A stretch of DNA of 62,013 nucleotides, filler included, from Ionaspis alba (Eukaryota): NCBI GenBank assembly GCA_964255285.1. It is 4 parts of 4 records of this genome, joined end to end, with 100 filler letters (N's around TTAATTAATTAA, not from the genome) between each part and the next. Parts side by side here need not be neighbours in the genome. Positions count along the whole stretch, not along the records: positions 1 to 15,480 come from CAXUUL010000376.1; positions 15,581 to 31,012 come from CAXUUL010000377.1; 2 more parts are not named here. One strand, 5' to 3'. Position numbers and translations under genes: made by a program. The notes under the pieces were generated by a model. The model ran no database searches and was not told the origin of the DNA. It saw nothing but the letters and a program-made list of their open reading frames with translations. Positions 12,733-24,109 of this stretch are shown here, in pieces (the first letter of the stretch is position 1; each line of letters opens with the position of its first letter).

Positions 12733-13897
12733 ATGCAGTTCCTTAAGTCCTTACTCATGGCCATGGCTGCTGCCCTCCCCTTGGCTTCGGCTATGGCTAT
12801 CGACCGAAGGTCCACGGTCACAGTTTCCTTGGCGGCTGCGGGAAATGCTAAAGTGAGGGTGACCCTAACCAATACTGGCGCTCAAGAGCTTTCTCTTTTC
12901 AAATGGGGCACCATGTTTGACTCCGCTCCTGTGCAAAAAGTCGCTGTGCTGCGGAAGAATGGTATGTGAGCATTATGACCGAATTATATCAGGTGGACTA
13001 ATGATCACAGGCACTCCCGTACCTTTTGAGGGCATTCATCGCAACTACTACCTGAAGAATCTTCCCGCTGAGGCATTTCTCTCGGTTGCAGCCGGGAAGT
13101 CGGTCGATGTGATCGTCGACCTTGCGGCTCTCCACGATCTGTCTACCGGGGGAGCCTTCGATGTAGCAACTGTGGGAGCCATCCCGACCGCCAAACCTGG
13201 CTCTACTGAGCTCTCGGGTGGTGCTGTTGCCTTCGAGAGCAACGTTCTGTCCATCGATGTCCACGGACCAACAGCAGCAAAGGTTGAAAAAGCGATCAAC
13301 TTGGAAAAACGTACGGTAGTACAATCCGGCTGTACTACCAGTGAGAGAAGTGCTCTGCTCAACGCCCTATCCAACTGTGCCTATTTTGCAAAGAATGCAG
13401 CCAGTGCCGCCACATCTGGCTCAGCGACCAAGTTCAGCGAGTATTACAAAACCACGAGCTCGACTACCCGATCCACTGTCGCAGCACGCTTCCAGGGAGT
13501 TGCAAGTCAGGCATCAACAACTACAAGTGGGGGGACTCGCTATTCCTGCTACGATACCTACGGGTACTGCTCGCCAAATGTCTTGGCGTACACACTCCCT
13601 TCTCAGAATTACATCGCCAACTGTGATCTATACTATACCTTGCCGGCTGTAGCCAGTTCGTGTCATGAGCAAGACCGCGCCACTACGAGCCTTCACGAAT
13701 TCACGCATGCTCCAGCGACCTATAGTCCAGGTACACAAGATAATGCCTATGGATATTCTGCTTCTACTCAGCTTTCCTCTTCAGCTGCTGTGTTGAACGC
13801 TGACACTTATGCTCTCTACGCAAATGGTAAGTTCGAGATACAGAGTTTGGATTGCTTCATACTAACTGATTGCTTAGCCATATACCTGGGGTGTTAA
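12733..13897 (+). CDS. Secreted M35 deuterolysin / neutral protease 2 metalloprotease (prepro-protein, 2 introns)
   Basis: Signal peptide MQFLKSLLMAMAAALPLASA, dibasic EKR|TVVQSGC maturation site, CSPNVLAYT, QDRATTSLHEFTHA (HExxH), GTQDNAYGY and NADTYALYA motifs, ending AIYLGC. Confidence 0.95.
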
Positions 13898-14809
13898 AGT
13901 TGGCAGTGTATGGTCTCACGGCTGTTCAGCTAAGACCCTTAGCATCCTGCCGCCAAGCCAACTCTTTCGTTGCCGCTTGGCAACAGAGACCGGCTATTCA
14001 ATGGTGTACAGGGGTCCTTCTGTGTTCAGTTCTAGTCTCACATGATTCCATTTCAGATGATTCGAAATATTTTAGCAGCTCCAGGAGTAGTTTGACCTCT
14101 CATACAAACCTGCAATCCATTCCCATGGCATTTGATCAGACGGTTGAGATATCACTAGTTGCACTTCTTCCTAACGACCATGCCGTAACGTGATGATTCC
14201 AAGCCATGACCTTGGCGTGCCTTTGGAATATTAGCGTCAAAAAACAGCCCTCGCGGTTAAGCGAGTGGCCCGTCACATTTCCTCGGCGAGAGATAGTGTT
14301 CACAGACCATATGTTTCATATATTGTCTTGACCTCTGCCAAACATGTCCCAATGGCAGCAATGCAATCTGAGATGTGAAGTTGTGCCGACAGTACTATTC
14401 TGCCTGACATTCTTCACAACACGGGATGCAGTGTCCCAAAAAGTCCATTACTGGCGCGCTAGCTGAGTCCTTACTGCCAATGTCGTACGAAGACGAGCTC
14501 GTTGGGAAGACTGCCCACTTTGCTGCAATTTCACCTCTGGATTGATCATCATTCCATGGCATGGGCATTCTTTCAAGGTTCTCGTAGGGTCTCACCGAGC
14601 GTTCCTCGCGGGAGCGTTGGTGTTTGCAGATCCCTGTAGTTCCCTGAGGGTGCAGGAGAGAGACACTGATAGATGAGGAGGATTAAAATCCTGCTCAAAG
14701 GATGTAGCTTTGTCGACATGGACTCGCTTTGTTACTGTTGAAATAGTATCGGGTAAGGGGTACCGCGATTAGGCGGAAGGAAATCTGCTAGGCTGAAATA
14801 GGCTAGTAA

Positions 14810-15480
14810 AATAATTGAATGATTTGATGGTTGACTTAATTTAATTTAGGTGGGTTTAAGGCCTTTATTTATATTCAAATTAGGTAACAAAATAGTTGAG
14901 AAATTAAAAGATTCCAGTTAATTCTATCTGATTTTATCTGATTCCACCCCTAAATTATGACTTATAATAGGTAGATTTATAATNNNNNNNNNNNNNNNNN
15001 NNNNNNNNNNNNNNNNNNNNNNNNNNACTAGCGTGTCTTGGCGGAGAAACTAATCCTAAAAGGGATATTAGTTTAACAATTATTATCGTAATAAAATTAA
15101 TATATTTAATATATAATTAATTATCGAATCGGTTTTTATAACTAGCCAATTATAATATAAAAAACTAGGCTATATCGGGATTAATATTTTAATAAAAATC
15201 CCTAATTCAACTATCGGATATATTTTATTCGATAAATTATTAAAAATTAACAATTGTAAAATTTATATTTAAATTAAAACAATTTAACGAATTAATAAAA
15301 CGTTTTCCACCAAATATTATATTTTTTTGGAATTAATTTATTCGGATATTTACGGACCGATTAAACCCCGAACCAATTAAAATTACCGATATTTTATTAT
15401 TTTTCTCGATTCAGCTACTAAATAGTTGGAAATTAATTTATTACGGAAAAAAAGCCAACTATTCTCCGCCTTTAAAAATT
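14810..15480. repeat. AT-rich, RIP-like degenerate repeat at a scaffold end
   Basis: Abrupt shift to very high A+T with abundant TpA, scarce CpA/TpG and retained CpG (e.g. TTATCGAATCGGTTTTT). No ORFs. Interrupted by an N gap at 14984-15026. Confidence 0.7.
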
Positions 15481-15580
15481 NNNNNNNNNNNNNNNNNNNN
15501 NNNNNNNNNNNNNNNNNNNNNNNNTTAATTAATTAANNNNNNNNNNNNNNNNNNNNNNNNNNNNNNNNNNNNNNNNNNNN
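15481..15580. other. Artificial scaffold-joining spacer N44-TTAATTAATTAA-N44
   Basis: TTAATTAATTAA at 15525-15536 (stop codons in all six frames) centred in exactly 100 bp. Confidence 0.97.
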
Positions 15581-16458
15581 GGGTGATGGGGTATGGGTCC
15601 CGTGGTGGAAGGAGGAAGAGTGTTGGGGCGTTGGGGAAGGGTGGAGAGGGCGATCCGACGATTGTGCCGAATTCGTCGATGTTTGGGTTCTTGGAGCGCT
15701 TGCCGTGGAAGATTGGTGGGAGGGGTGTCAGGTATAGGCCTTCGGCTGCGGACTTGCAAGATCGGCCGCAGAGGAAGGGGGTCGCGGAGGGGGAGGCACT
15801 GTTGGAAGGCAGTGATAGCGAGGACGCGGTCAGGAGGCACCAGAGGAAGAGGAGTGATACTCAGGGATCGAAGTCTACGACTAATTCGTTGAGTTCGAGA
15901 GGCGACTTGTTTCCGAGTGAGGACGAGGATGATGCTGTACCACTTGATGATGAGTTTGCAATGGTTTTGGAGAGGAGAAATACAGGGACGCAATCGGATG
16001 AGGCGGGAAGTGGCGCGACGAGAGGCAAGCGAGTGTCGGGGTCGAGGGCGTCTACGAAGACGGCGTCGTCGAACGATACGAAAGGAACACGTAGTAGAGG
16101 ACGGCGAAGTTCTGTTTCAAGTGGCAAGCCAGCGGGTGGTGGAGGATTAACATATAGCGGACTTCCTTCGATGGAGGATCTTGAGCAAGAAGAGGAACGA
16201 GTACGGCTTGAAGAAGAGCAGCAGATTGAGAAACGACGGCAAGAGGCTCATCAATTGGCTCTTGAACGTGGTCTACCAACAGACGAAGACGAGAGTGCTG
16301 TCGCAGAAGCCACGCATGAGCAGCAGCCACAACCAGAAGTACCCCCAATTAATGAAGCCACCCGGCCAGAGCCTGAGCAAGACCCGCCTCCAATATCTCC
16401 GAAAACAGTGTCGAGTGTCGAGTCGCGGTGGACAGACGAATCAGGGGTAGAGGACTGA
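15581..16458 (+). CDS. Conserved fungal hypothetical protein, 5'-truncated by the scaffold boundary
   Basis: Open frame from the scaffold edge to a stop at 16458. Contains RKRSDT...SLSSRGDLFPSEDEDDAVPLDDEF and an acidic coiled-coil EEERVRLEEEQQIEKRRQEAHQLA that I recognise from unnamed Pezizomycotina proteins. Confidence 0.8.
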
Positions 16459-16692
16459 TGACTGAGTTGAAGTACTTTTCTCGTTTAGCGTTTCAGCGAC
16501 CCATGGGAAGCATGGCGTTTAGGAGTGCCCACAAGTAGTGCCAAATCAGTGTTTTGTTCCAAATCATCCTTGATGAGACGTTCAAATGGTGAGAATCACT
16601 AGTCGTTGATGCCCGGAGTGATGAATGAATAAAGGCAGATAGGAAAGAGTGCAAATAGGCGATCCGTGGGAGTGGTCGAGGGAACCATATCA

Positions 16693-17556
16693 TTAGTCCA
16701 CACTCGAGCTCTCGCTTTCGCCGTTGCAAGCATCTTCAATAAAACGCTTCACTTGTACCGCCACAAGCCTTAATGCAGCAAGTCTAGCTTGTTCCTGCTC
16801 TGAAGCAGTGCTCAAATAGTCGCGCCGACGACCCAGCCAAAATTCAACCCTTACCTTTAGCAACGGGAGAGATCGAAGCTTCTTCAAAGCCAGGAGGAAT
16901 GGGGAATCGTCGTCGTGAACCTTATCGGTACACAGTCTCCAGCGACTGCAGTCAAGAACAAGCGAACGGAGACTCTTCGCCTGAGCAATGATTTCAAGTG
17001 CTTTGACAACAGCTTGGAAGCTTGACGCAGGTCTACCCAGGTTGTCAATTTCGAGAGCTAGAGCAAACTCAAGTCTACGCAAATTGTACACATTCTGTTT
17101 GCCGATGGTTTGGAAGAAGTCGAGATGGTACGGGTCTTCATCATGGTACCATGACAAATGACTTTTGAAGTTCTCCCTGAAACGAAAGGTATTGGCGTAG
17201 AGGACTTGCGTTGCCTCATCGGCAATGAGTCGACAGGTCTTCAAGAGCTTCATCCCAGCTTTCCAGAGATCTTGGACTAGGTAAGTTAGATCTCTAAGTA
17301 TGTCTTGACTCAAAATGGTATATGTACCTAATCCGAAGGGCTCGAAAGATGGCGAGTATCGAGAGCGAGAGAAGTAAATTCTCCCACTATGCGACAGGAG
17401 TTCCTTGTAGACTTCAAAGCGAATTTCTGTTGGCAGCGAGGTGAAGGGAAAGGTGCCTCGACTTCTGTCAGGTGTGTCATCCATGACGAAGTGACCTGTC
17501 GATTTGACCTTCGCTGGCGAACCGGTGATGGGTAAATCGTGATATGCTAGTGACAT
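16693..17556 (-). CDS. Hypothetical protein with an N-terminal F-box-like motif (intronless, 287 aa)
   Basis: FPFTSLPTEIRFEVYKELL, later LLKTCRLIADEATQVLYANTFRF and FFQTIGKQNVYNLRRLEF. This pattern is typical of fungal F-box-like/2EXR-type orphan families. Confidence 0.7.
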   Translation of the reverse strand: MSLAYHDLPITGSPAKVKSTGHFVMDDTPDRSRGTFPFTSLPTEIRFEVYKELLSHSGRIYFSRSRYSPSFEPFGLGTYTILSQDILRDLTYLVQDLWKAGMKLLKTCRLIADEATQVLYANTFRFRENFKSHLSWYHDEDPYHLDFFQTIGKQNVYNLRRLEFALALEIDNLGRPASSFQAVVKALEIIAQAKSLRSLVLDCSRWRLCTDKVHDDDSPFLLALKKLRSLPLLKVRVEFWLGRRRDYLSTASEQEQARLAALRLVAVQVKRFIEDACNGESESSSVD

Positions 17557-17848
17557 CTGAAGAAGACCCAGGCACGAGGCAGCTATAGGCTTTGTTCAAA
17601 GAGGAAGGCCTCTTATAGGCTGAACAATCACAGTAGCTTCGTATGCTGTGGCGAAAGACTGTTTAAGAAACGTCCAGACCTGTTGACACGTGCGAGCAAA
17701 GAGCAGATAAGGATCTTCCGGAAAGATCTCGACTAGCCTAGGGGTTACTTCTCAGACGTAGCTCTTTCCTACAGACCTCGCGGAAGTGCTAATTATCGTA
17801 TTGAGTCTGTAGCCTAAATTCTTCAATAGCCAATCGCTTGCAGCAATA

Positions 17849-18967
17849 TCAAGAAAGTCTCTTGATTTCGAGATCAGCACATTTCGACTCATGTTCCAAA
17901 TGCAACATCTTTCCAGACTGTAAACGCTTCTTCCACTTTTCAGCTTCATACCTTGCTAGAATAAGCGTCATCCTCAGAGCAGGCTCAGTAACTCTACTGA
18001 AATTCTCCTTCTCGTCACGAGAATCTGGTGGCGTTGGAAGTGCAGCTACGGGTGAGGAGGACTTCAAAGGCGTGAAGGTCCAACGTCCAAACGCCCAGTT
18101 GAGTATGTATTGATCGAGCTTCCCAGTTGAAGCGAGGAATGGGTCGGTGCTATCATCCGACGACTGAGGTGGACGAGAAGCAGAAACGATGGCCTTGATG
18201 CGATAAATCTCGTCTTTTGGTGCCGACGATAAGAATGCCTGGAGGGCATTTGTATCCATTCCAGAACGTTTGCCCGCTGGCATCGACATAGTAATGGAAA
18301 GAACTTCGACTTCGCTCTGGTGGCCGGAGCCGTGCTCGTGGACGTGTTCGTTCATCGTATCCTCCTCAACTTCGGTGCTCGTCTTCTTAGTCAATGCACT
18401 GTCGAGGCCTAGCAGAACATTCTGATCTATCCTGCCCTTATCCGACTTCACATTTGCGACTTGTAGCTCAAGATCTCCAATGCGATCTAAACAATCTTCA
18501 TATTTCCTTTCACTGACGTTCTCCCATTTGTTAAAGACAATCAAATCCGTGTATCTTGCTTGCATCCTAGCAGTGACAGATGTATCTTCGTATCCTCTCC
18601 AGTTCTCCACATCTATAACCGAAATAACTCCATCTAGTGTATAGTTGCCAGTCTCTTTACCCAATCTATTGATCTCCATAGCAAGCGTGGCGGGGAACGC
18701 ACTTCCGCTCGTCTCAATTATAATTCTATCAGGTTTGACCTCTGTACGAAGCGTCTCCAGAGCATCTCCAAGCTGTCCAACGAGATTGCAGCATATACAG
18801 CCATTAAGCAATTCTTGCACTCCTCCAATGGCGGAGGAAGACGCCAATTGGGAATCTATAGCCAAGTCGCCGAATTCATTCTTCAAAAGTGCCAGTCTAT
18901 AATCTTTCGGAAGCTGGGGTATTAGATTGAGGATCAATGTCGTCTTTCCCGAGCCTAGAAATCCCGT
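17849..18967 (-). CDS. CobW/COG0523 (G3E) metal-chaperone GTPase; start codon lost in the N gap
   Basis: TGFLGSGKTT P-loop at the gap edge, LKNEFGD, ELLNGCICC metal motif, IIIETSG, NKWE, His-rich linker HVHEHGSGH, and IYRIKA CobW C-terminal element. Confidence 0.92.
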   Translation of the reverse strand, partial: TGFLGSGKTTLILNLIPQLPKDYRLALLKNEFGDLAIDSQLASSSAIGGVQELLNGCICCNLVGQLGDALETLRTEVKPDRIIIETSGSAFPATLAMEINRLGKETGNYTLDGVISVIDVENWRGYEDTSVTARMQARYTDLIVFNKWENVSERKYEDCLDRIGDLELQVANVKSDKGRIDQNVLLGLDSALTKKTSTEVEEDTMNEHVHEHGSGHQSEVEVLSITMSMPAGKRSGMDTNALQAFLSSAPKDEIYRIKAIVSASRPPQSSDDSTDPFLASTGKLDQYILNWAFGRWTFTPLKSSSPVAALPTPPDSRDEKENFSRVTEPALRMTLILARYEAEKWKKRLQSGKMLHLEHESKCADLEIKRLS

Positions 18968-19134
18968 NNNNNNNNNNNNNNNNNNNNNNNNNNNNNNNNN
19001 NNNNNNNNNNNNNNNNNNNNNNNNNNNNNNNNNNNNNNNNNNNNNNNNNNNNNNNNNNNNNNNNNNNTAATGCTGATGAAGCTCAGAACTCCTTTCAAGT
19101 CTAGACGATCTCGTTTCACGATTCCACGTCTATC

Positions 19135-19568
19135 ATGGACTTCCTAAAGAAAGCAGCCGGCAGCATGGGTGGAGAGGGCAATTCTAACCAGGCTCAAGCC
19201 CCAAGCACTGAGGGTGCCGCCACTGGCGAGCAAAAGCAAGGTGGAGGAGGATTCCTTGGTGGAATCGGAGACAAGCTCAACTCTGCTGCTGGAGGAGGAA
19301 AGGAGAGCGAGGCGAACGAGGACTACCTCGACAAGGGTATGTGCTTCAGCAGCAGCTAGAGACCAGTCAATGATAGAAGCTAATGAGCAACATGATAATA
19401 GGCATCGATGCCGTCCAGCAGTACGGCCTCAAGCAAGGTCCTCAGGATAACGAATCTGCCGTCGAGCAGGCCAAGGACGAGCAGATCTCCGATTACATTC
19501 GCAAGCAGTACAAGAGTACCGTTGGGTCGGACTTCCCGATCAAGGATAAGGAGACTCGTTTCGGATGA
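19135..19568 (+). CDS. Small hydrophilic Gly-rich fungal protein (family often annotated DDR48-like), 1 intron
   Basis: MDFLKK...LNSAAGGGKESEANEDYLDKG|IDAVQQYGLKQGPQDNESAVEQAKDEQISDYIRKQYKSTVGSDFPIKDK, joined by a GTATGT..CTAAT..TAG intron at about 19338-19401. Confidence 0.85.
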
Positions 19569-19777
19569 AGGCGGGCCAGCCCAATGGTCCAAGGAACACC
19601 TGGCGAAAGTTGTTGAGGAGGTGAATTAGGTCTGGTCTCGTCATGTGAGCAATGGGCCCACGATGACGCCTTTCGTGGAAGTGTACTCTAGCTTTGCTAA
19701 GTCATGATCTTATGAATATCCAAGAGCATGCATTCTTTACAATGATCCCCATGCCAGCTGTTCTGTCTTAGTCCCAA

Positions 19778-20986
19778 TCATAGCATGGCCTTCCACCCGC
19801 CTTCCTTGGAGCTCCCTGGTATAGGTCTTTCAAGCCCTAAATGAGCTGTCACCTGTCCTATATGGTCGAATCCCCAGAAGGTCTCTGTCTTTCCCTCCCG
19901 ATTCGTAGCTACATTCCATTAGCCTGTCACCGAGACCTGTATTACCCTCCTACTCCAAGACTCATCCCACTTACCAACAAAATAAGGCATCCCAAATGCC
20001 CCATCCGCCAAAGCCCTATCCGTGTTTGCCGTCAAGAGCTTTTTGACTTCATCGCTCGTGCTCTGTCCAGACGTTAGCACTGCTCCCTAACCGTATACCT
20101 GTCCTCTTCTGTATTCCTCCAAGAATAAGCACAGCAAAGAATCTACCTTCTCCAAAACATTTCCGGCCATATCTTTCCCCAGTACATCCTCCAAAATGCC
20201 CCTAAAATCATCTACCTTCGACACCGGCCGATCATGGACAAAGAACCCATCATAAATTGCAGCTACTACTTCAAGCAGCTTCTCCGGAGCCAGGAGCGTG
20301 ATGGCTGTGATGGCTCTTTGGATCTATAATGTCCGTTCAGCCTGAAGGCAAGTACACTAAAGCAACTTGGATACTGGAGGGAAAGCAACGTACAGCGACT
20401 GTCGGTACCGGAAATCCTGTGGGAATTTTCTCAGCCATGGGGATGTCGAAGGCGCGTGCCCAGCGGATACGCTCCTTGGCGATCCATGCTCCTTTATCTG
20501 TAGAAGATTTAGTGATCAGAGACTGGGCCGATGTGGTAAAGGGTTGTGTGAAAGGGAGGAGGGGAGAGTATATGAAGAAAGGGGAAAGGTACTCTTGATA
20601 TAGAGGGGAGGAGTGTTTCCTGTGGCTTTCATGATGCCGCCCAGTAGGACGGGCGTGTATGTTATTTGGCATGGTTCGAAGACGGGGGAGGTCTGCATGA
20701 GTGGTTATTTATTGGTCCTGAAATTGTATAGATTATTGCTTGGAGAGACACTTCAGAGACCAGAGGTCTAATATGAATAAACCATGAAATCGGAATGACG
20801 GGCATAAACGAAGGGCGAATGGTTCAGGGAAATGTGCGGGAATTGGAGTCATATAACATCTGCAAAGAAATAATGGGGAATGCACGAAGCATTTGCATTG
20901 GTTCTACTGACCCTAATGAGGTGAAAGGCGAGGTATGCAAACGGACTGACGATATCAAAATACAGAGTCAATTTTGGAATTGCCAT
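19778..20986 (-). CDS. Glutathione S-transferase kappa / HCCA-isomerase (DsbA-like fold), multi-exon; not assembled in the ORF track
   Basis: ATG 20986 gives MAIPKLTLYFDIVSPFAYLAF (catalytic SP motif). Later exons read YTPVLLGGIMKATGNTPP, IQRAITAI, ANTDRALADGAFGMPYFV and TFWGFDHIGQVTAHLGL...GWKAML, with a stop at 19778. Confidence 0.9.
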
Positions 20987-21296
20987 GGTTTTGTTGAAGG
21001 ACCAAATATGTTTCCTCGAGCGTCTCAATGGAATGCCAAGACGTAGCGTTGCATTGTTATAATAAATCTCGGCTCAAAGGGTTCGCGGCACGTGGGCACT
21101 ACTTTAGTCCGGGTCAGGGAATTACCTATTATCTGTGGNNNNNNNNNNNNNNNNNNNNNNNNNNNNNNNNNNNNNNNNNNNNNNNNNNNNNNNNNNNNNN
21201 NNNNNNNNNNNNNNNNNNNNNNNNNNNNNNNNNNNNNNATATTAGATGTGAATATGCTACCCACCTCGAGGTCATATACAAACTCTCCCACAACAT

Positions 21297-23630
21297 TCAG
21301 CTCCACAATCCCGTCGTTCTCATTTTTGTCTTGACTTCTGGCTTGTGACTCTGCTGGTGACCACGTAAGCACCACACAACGATATCACCCTTCCTTCGCC
21401 AATCATCATGGAAATACGAGTTCCATCCCCGCCAGCATTCCGAGTATCCGCTGTCCTTAGTGAATTGCTTCAATGACGTCTCCAGCGCCTCGAAGAACAC
21501 AAGATACTCGGGCCACATCTTCTTTCCCAGTTTGCCATCCCACGCCTCGTCTTGGGGCGATTGATGGGAGCTTAAACCCAGACCGCGCTGGGCAGACTTG
21601 ATGCCAAAAATGCCTTTCCTGCGTGGCGGGCTCCCGAGAGTGCTCTGGAGAAAATTGGCGGGATGTGCATAGAATTGGTCTGCTTCGTCCAAGTACCCAG
21701 CGCGTTCGGAAACGTTGAGATTGACTGGTGGCTCACAGCTTAATGCCCAAGCTTTGATGCCTGGATGGACAAGATGACTCCGCCAGGGCGTGCTGTGACA
21801 TGGCATGAGGAAGCCGACTGTCATCGTTGTATCTGCTTGCGCTATGTGCGAGGTTGCAGGTGGTTGAGTGAGATAATGCTGTTCGTGTTTATGGCGGAGG
21901 TAGTCCAGGACAGACAGAGGTGCAGGCTGGTGATACTGGGCTGTAAATAGTCCTATGAGAATATTGGTGCCGATGAGAATGCCCAAGGCTAGAACTTTGA
22001 GGTGAGATTTGCCCTCATGGCGTAAGGTCGATGCTGGGGAGACCGCGAGAAGAAAGAAGTCGGTGAATGAGTACGCCGCAAGAACGTGTAGGATTGGGAG
22101 AAGGGGATAGATGAATCGCACTTCTTTGTGAGAGATGAATGACAAAATGAATGGTACCAGAAGGGAAACGATTCCTAGTTGGTATCTCACGTTCGCTGAA
22201 TATGACTTGTATGTCGCATCATCAATGGGTGGTTTGATACGAATTGCTCTATACACACCTGCAATCCCGAACGGTAGATAGGTAGTAAGTAGTAAGGGAA
22301 AACCTTGTGATACATAGTAATGCCAATCATTACGACCGTAGAACACCGCAAGAGACTGGGCGACGTTGAAGTGGAGGAAGCGGAAGGGAGGAAAGGTCCA
22401 TTGTTGATAGAAAATCCGGTCGAACATTGCCGAAATGATCAGTACAAGGCATCTGGCGCAGTCAGCCGTTGAGTCCTTGAGAAAAGCATACGAGGGTCTG
22501 ACCCGCATAAAGCATTTTCCCGAATCAAGACCGTCCGTTCTCTTCCCGTTGCACCAAGAAAGAGGTTTGCCAGTTCGCGGATCGAGAATAGAGATCTCGA
22601 TATCCCGCCTCGACGTAGGTGCTCTGTTGTTGGTATACGAAATAGGATGGAGCATCCCAGAAAAGCCCATATCAGAACATTAGTCGGCCGCAGTACACAT
22701 GCCAGTGCTGCTAGCAATAGGCAACGCCGTAGTCTATGCCTGAAGTTAGTCATATCCGTCTGACGAAGGCTATGGCTTCCTACTTTGCGATTTGATCAAC
22801 TCGATCCTCCTGATCCATTTCTGTCGTTTCAATTCGAAGTCCGTCCTCGTCGACTCTATCGTTCTCTGCAGTGTCCTGGGCCCATCGCCACGGCCACAAG
22901 TACAAAGCAATAATCGTCAAGGTGGTCTCAAAGCAATTTGAAAGTGTCCGAGTAGAGCAAAACCACTGCCAAGGACTGCAGACGGTTAAAAAGAGCTACA
23001 CAGGCAACAGCATACAGCATCAGCCTAGATCCATATTTGCTTGTATAGATCTGAATTCCTTGTTATAGATACTACATACAGCGGCCCAAGCTTCATTGCT
23101 CCCTCGCCCATAAGTTCTCTCGCCGAGCTTCCAGGTATAGTAATCCCCCAGAGCTGCTATCAATGCTTGAAGGGCTCTCGGACTTGCTATCAGGAGATCT
23201 GCACGCGATGTTGGCGACAGGTGCAGAGCATTGGAGACGAGAGCTGCTGCTTTATGGACAGCTGCAAAGACAAAGGGGTGTAAGGAAGACCGCAAATGAT
23301 GCTTCCATTCCTATCCTACATATCAGCCCAGATCCAGACGAAACGGAGCCTGTGGCATACCCATGTGATCCAAGCACCACTATCATCCCCAAAAGCTATC
23401 TGCCAAGCTGGTTCAAGCGATTGAAAGTACTCATCAGGCTGAAAGAATGTCCTGACACTCAGCGCATTGAGCGCTCGGAAGCCAATGAGGAATAGTAAGA
23501 TGTCCCGTGGAATTGCACTCTCGGACACATGGCTAAAAGCGCGTCGTCGAAAGCCTTTGTGGTCTTCAACGTGCCCATTGGCTTGACTATCAGTCTCGAC
23601 AGATGTCTCCGAGTTCGTTGTCGATGACAT
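21297..23630 (-). CDS. GPI10: GPI mannosyltransferase 3 (PIG-B), multi-exon
   Basis: [113 protein letters not shown] and [13 protein letters not shown]. Confidence 0.96.
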
Positions 23631-23719
23631 TGTTGCGAAGCATTCGTATGGCGACGGTGATATCCATGGTGGTCAGATAGGATTCCTTCACGGCGGTTCG
23701 TTCCCCAGACTTCCAAGAA

Positions 23720-23790
23720 TAAGCGTTATCTCAGTGGACTGACTCCCCTGTCAGAGCCCCACTAAACGTAATTCACCCCACCCGCAGTGT
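23720..23790. promoter_or_regulatory. Candidate GATA, Gcn4/CpcA and CreA sites in the GPI10/OAT divergent promoter
   Basis: TTATCT near 23726, TGACTC 23740-23745, CCCCAC (SYGGRG on the - strand) near 23776. These are short motifs and could occur by chance. Confidence 0.25.
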
Positions 23791-24109
23791 CCACGCAGAT
23801 CCCCTAAGCGCAGGTACAGACGAAGGGAAGAATTTTTAGGTGGCCGCGATTGGATACCACCACTTTGCTGATCCCTATAGGCAGTTTACAACGACAAATT
23901 GAGCTTGTGATCAAACAAAAGGATACAACTGCACTTAGAGGTCTAGATCGTTGCTGCAAGACCTCCACTTTTCTGTACTACATAAAGTTCTCTTGAAGTC
24001 CAATCTCCTACTGTATTATTTGGAGCTGGCACAAAGTCTGATACACTGCCTTTCCTCATCATCTATCAAAAACCGGCCTTAGATTTCAAGAACCCTCAAA
24101 ACCACCAAC

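Noticed and set aside
14395..14680. Minus-strand open frame next to the AT-rich block
   Set aside because: No convincing start, splice partner or recognisable domain.
20693..20911. Long first intron of GST-kappa as a snoRNA host or twin intron
   Set aside because: No paired C/D boxes, H/ACA structure or nested donor was visible.
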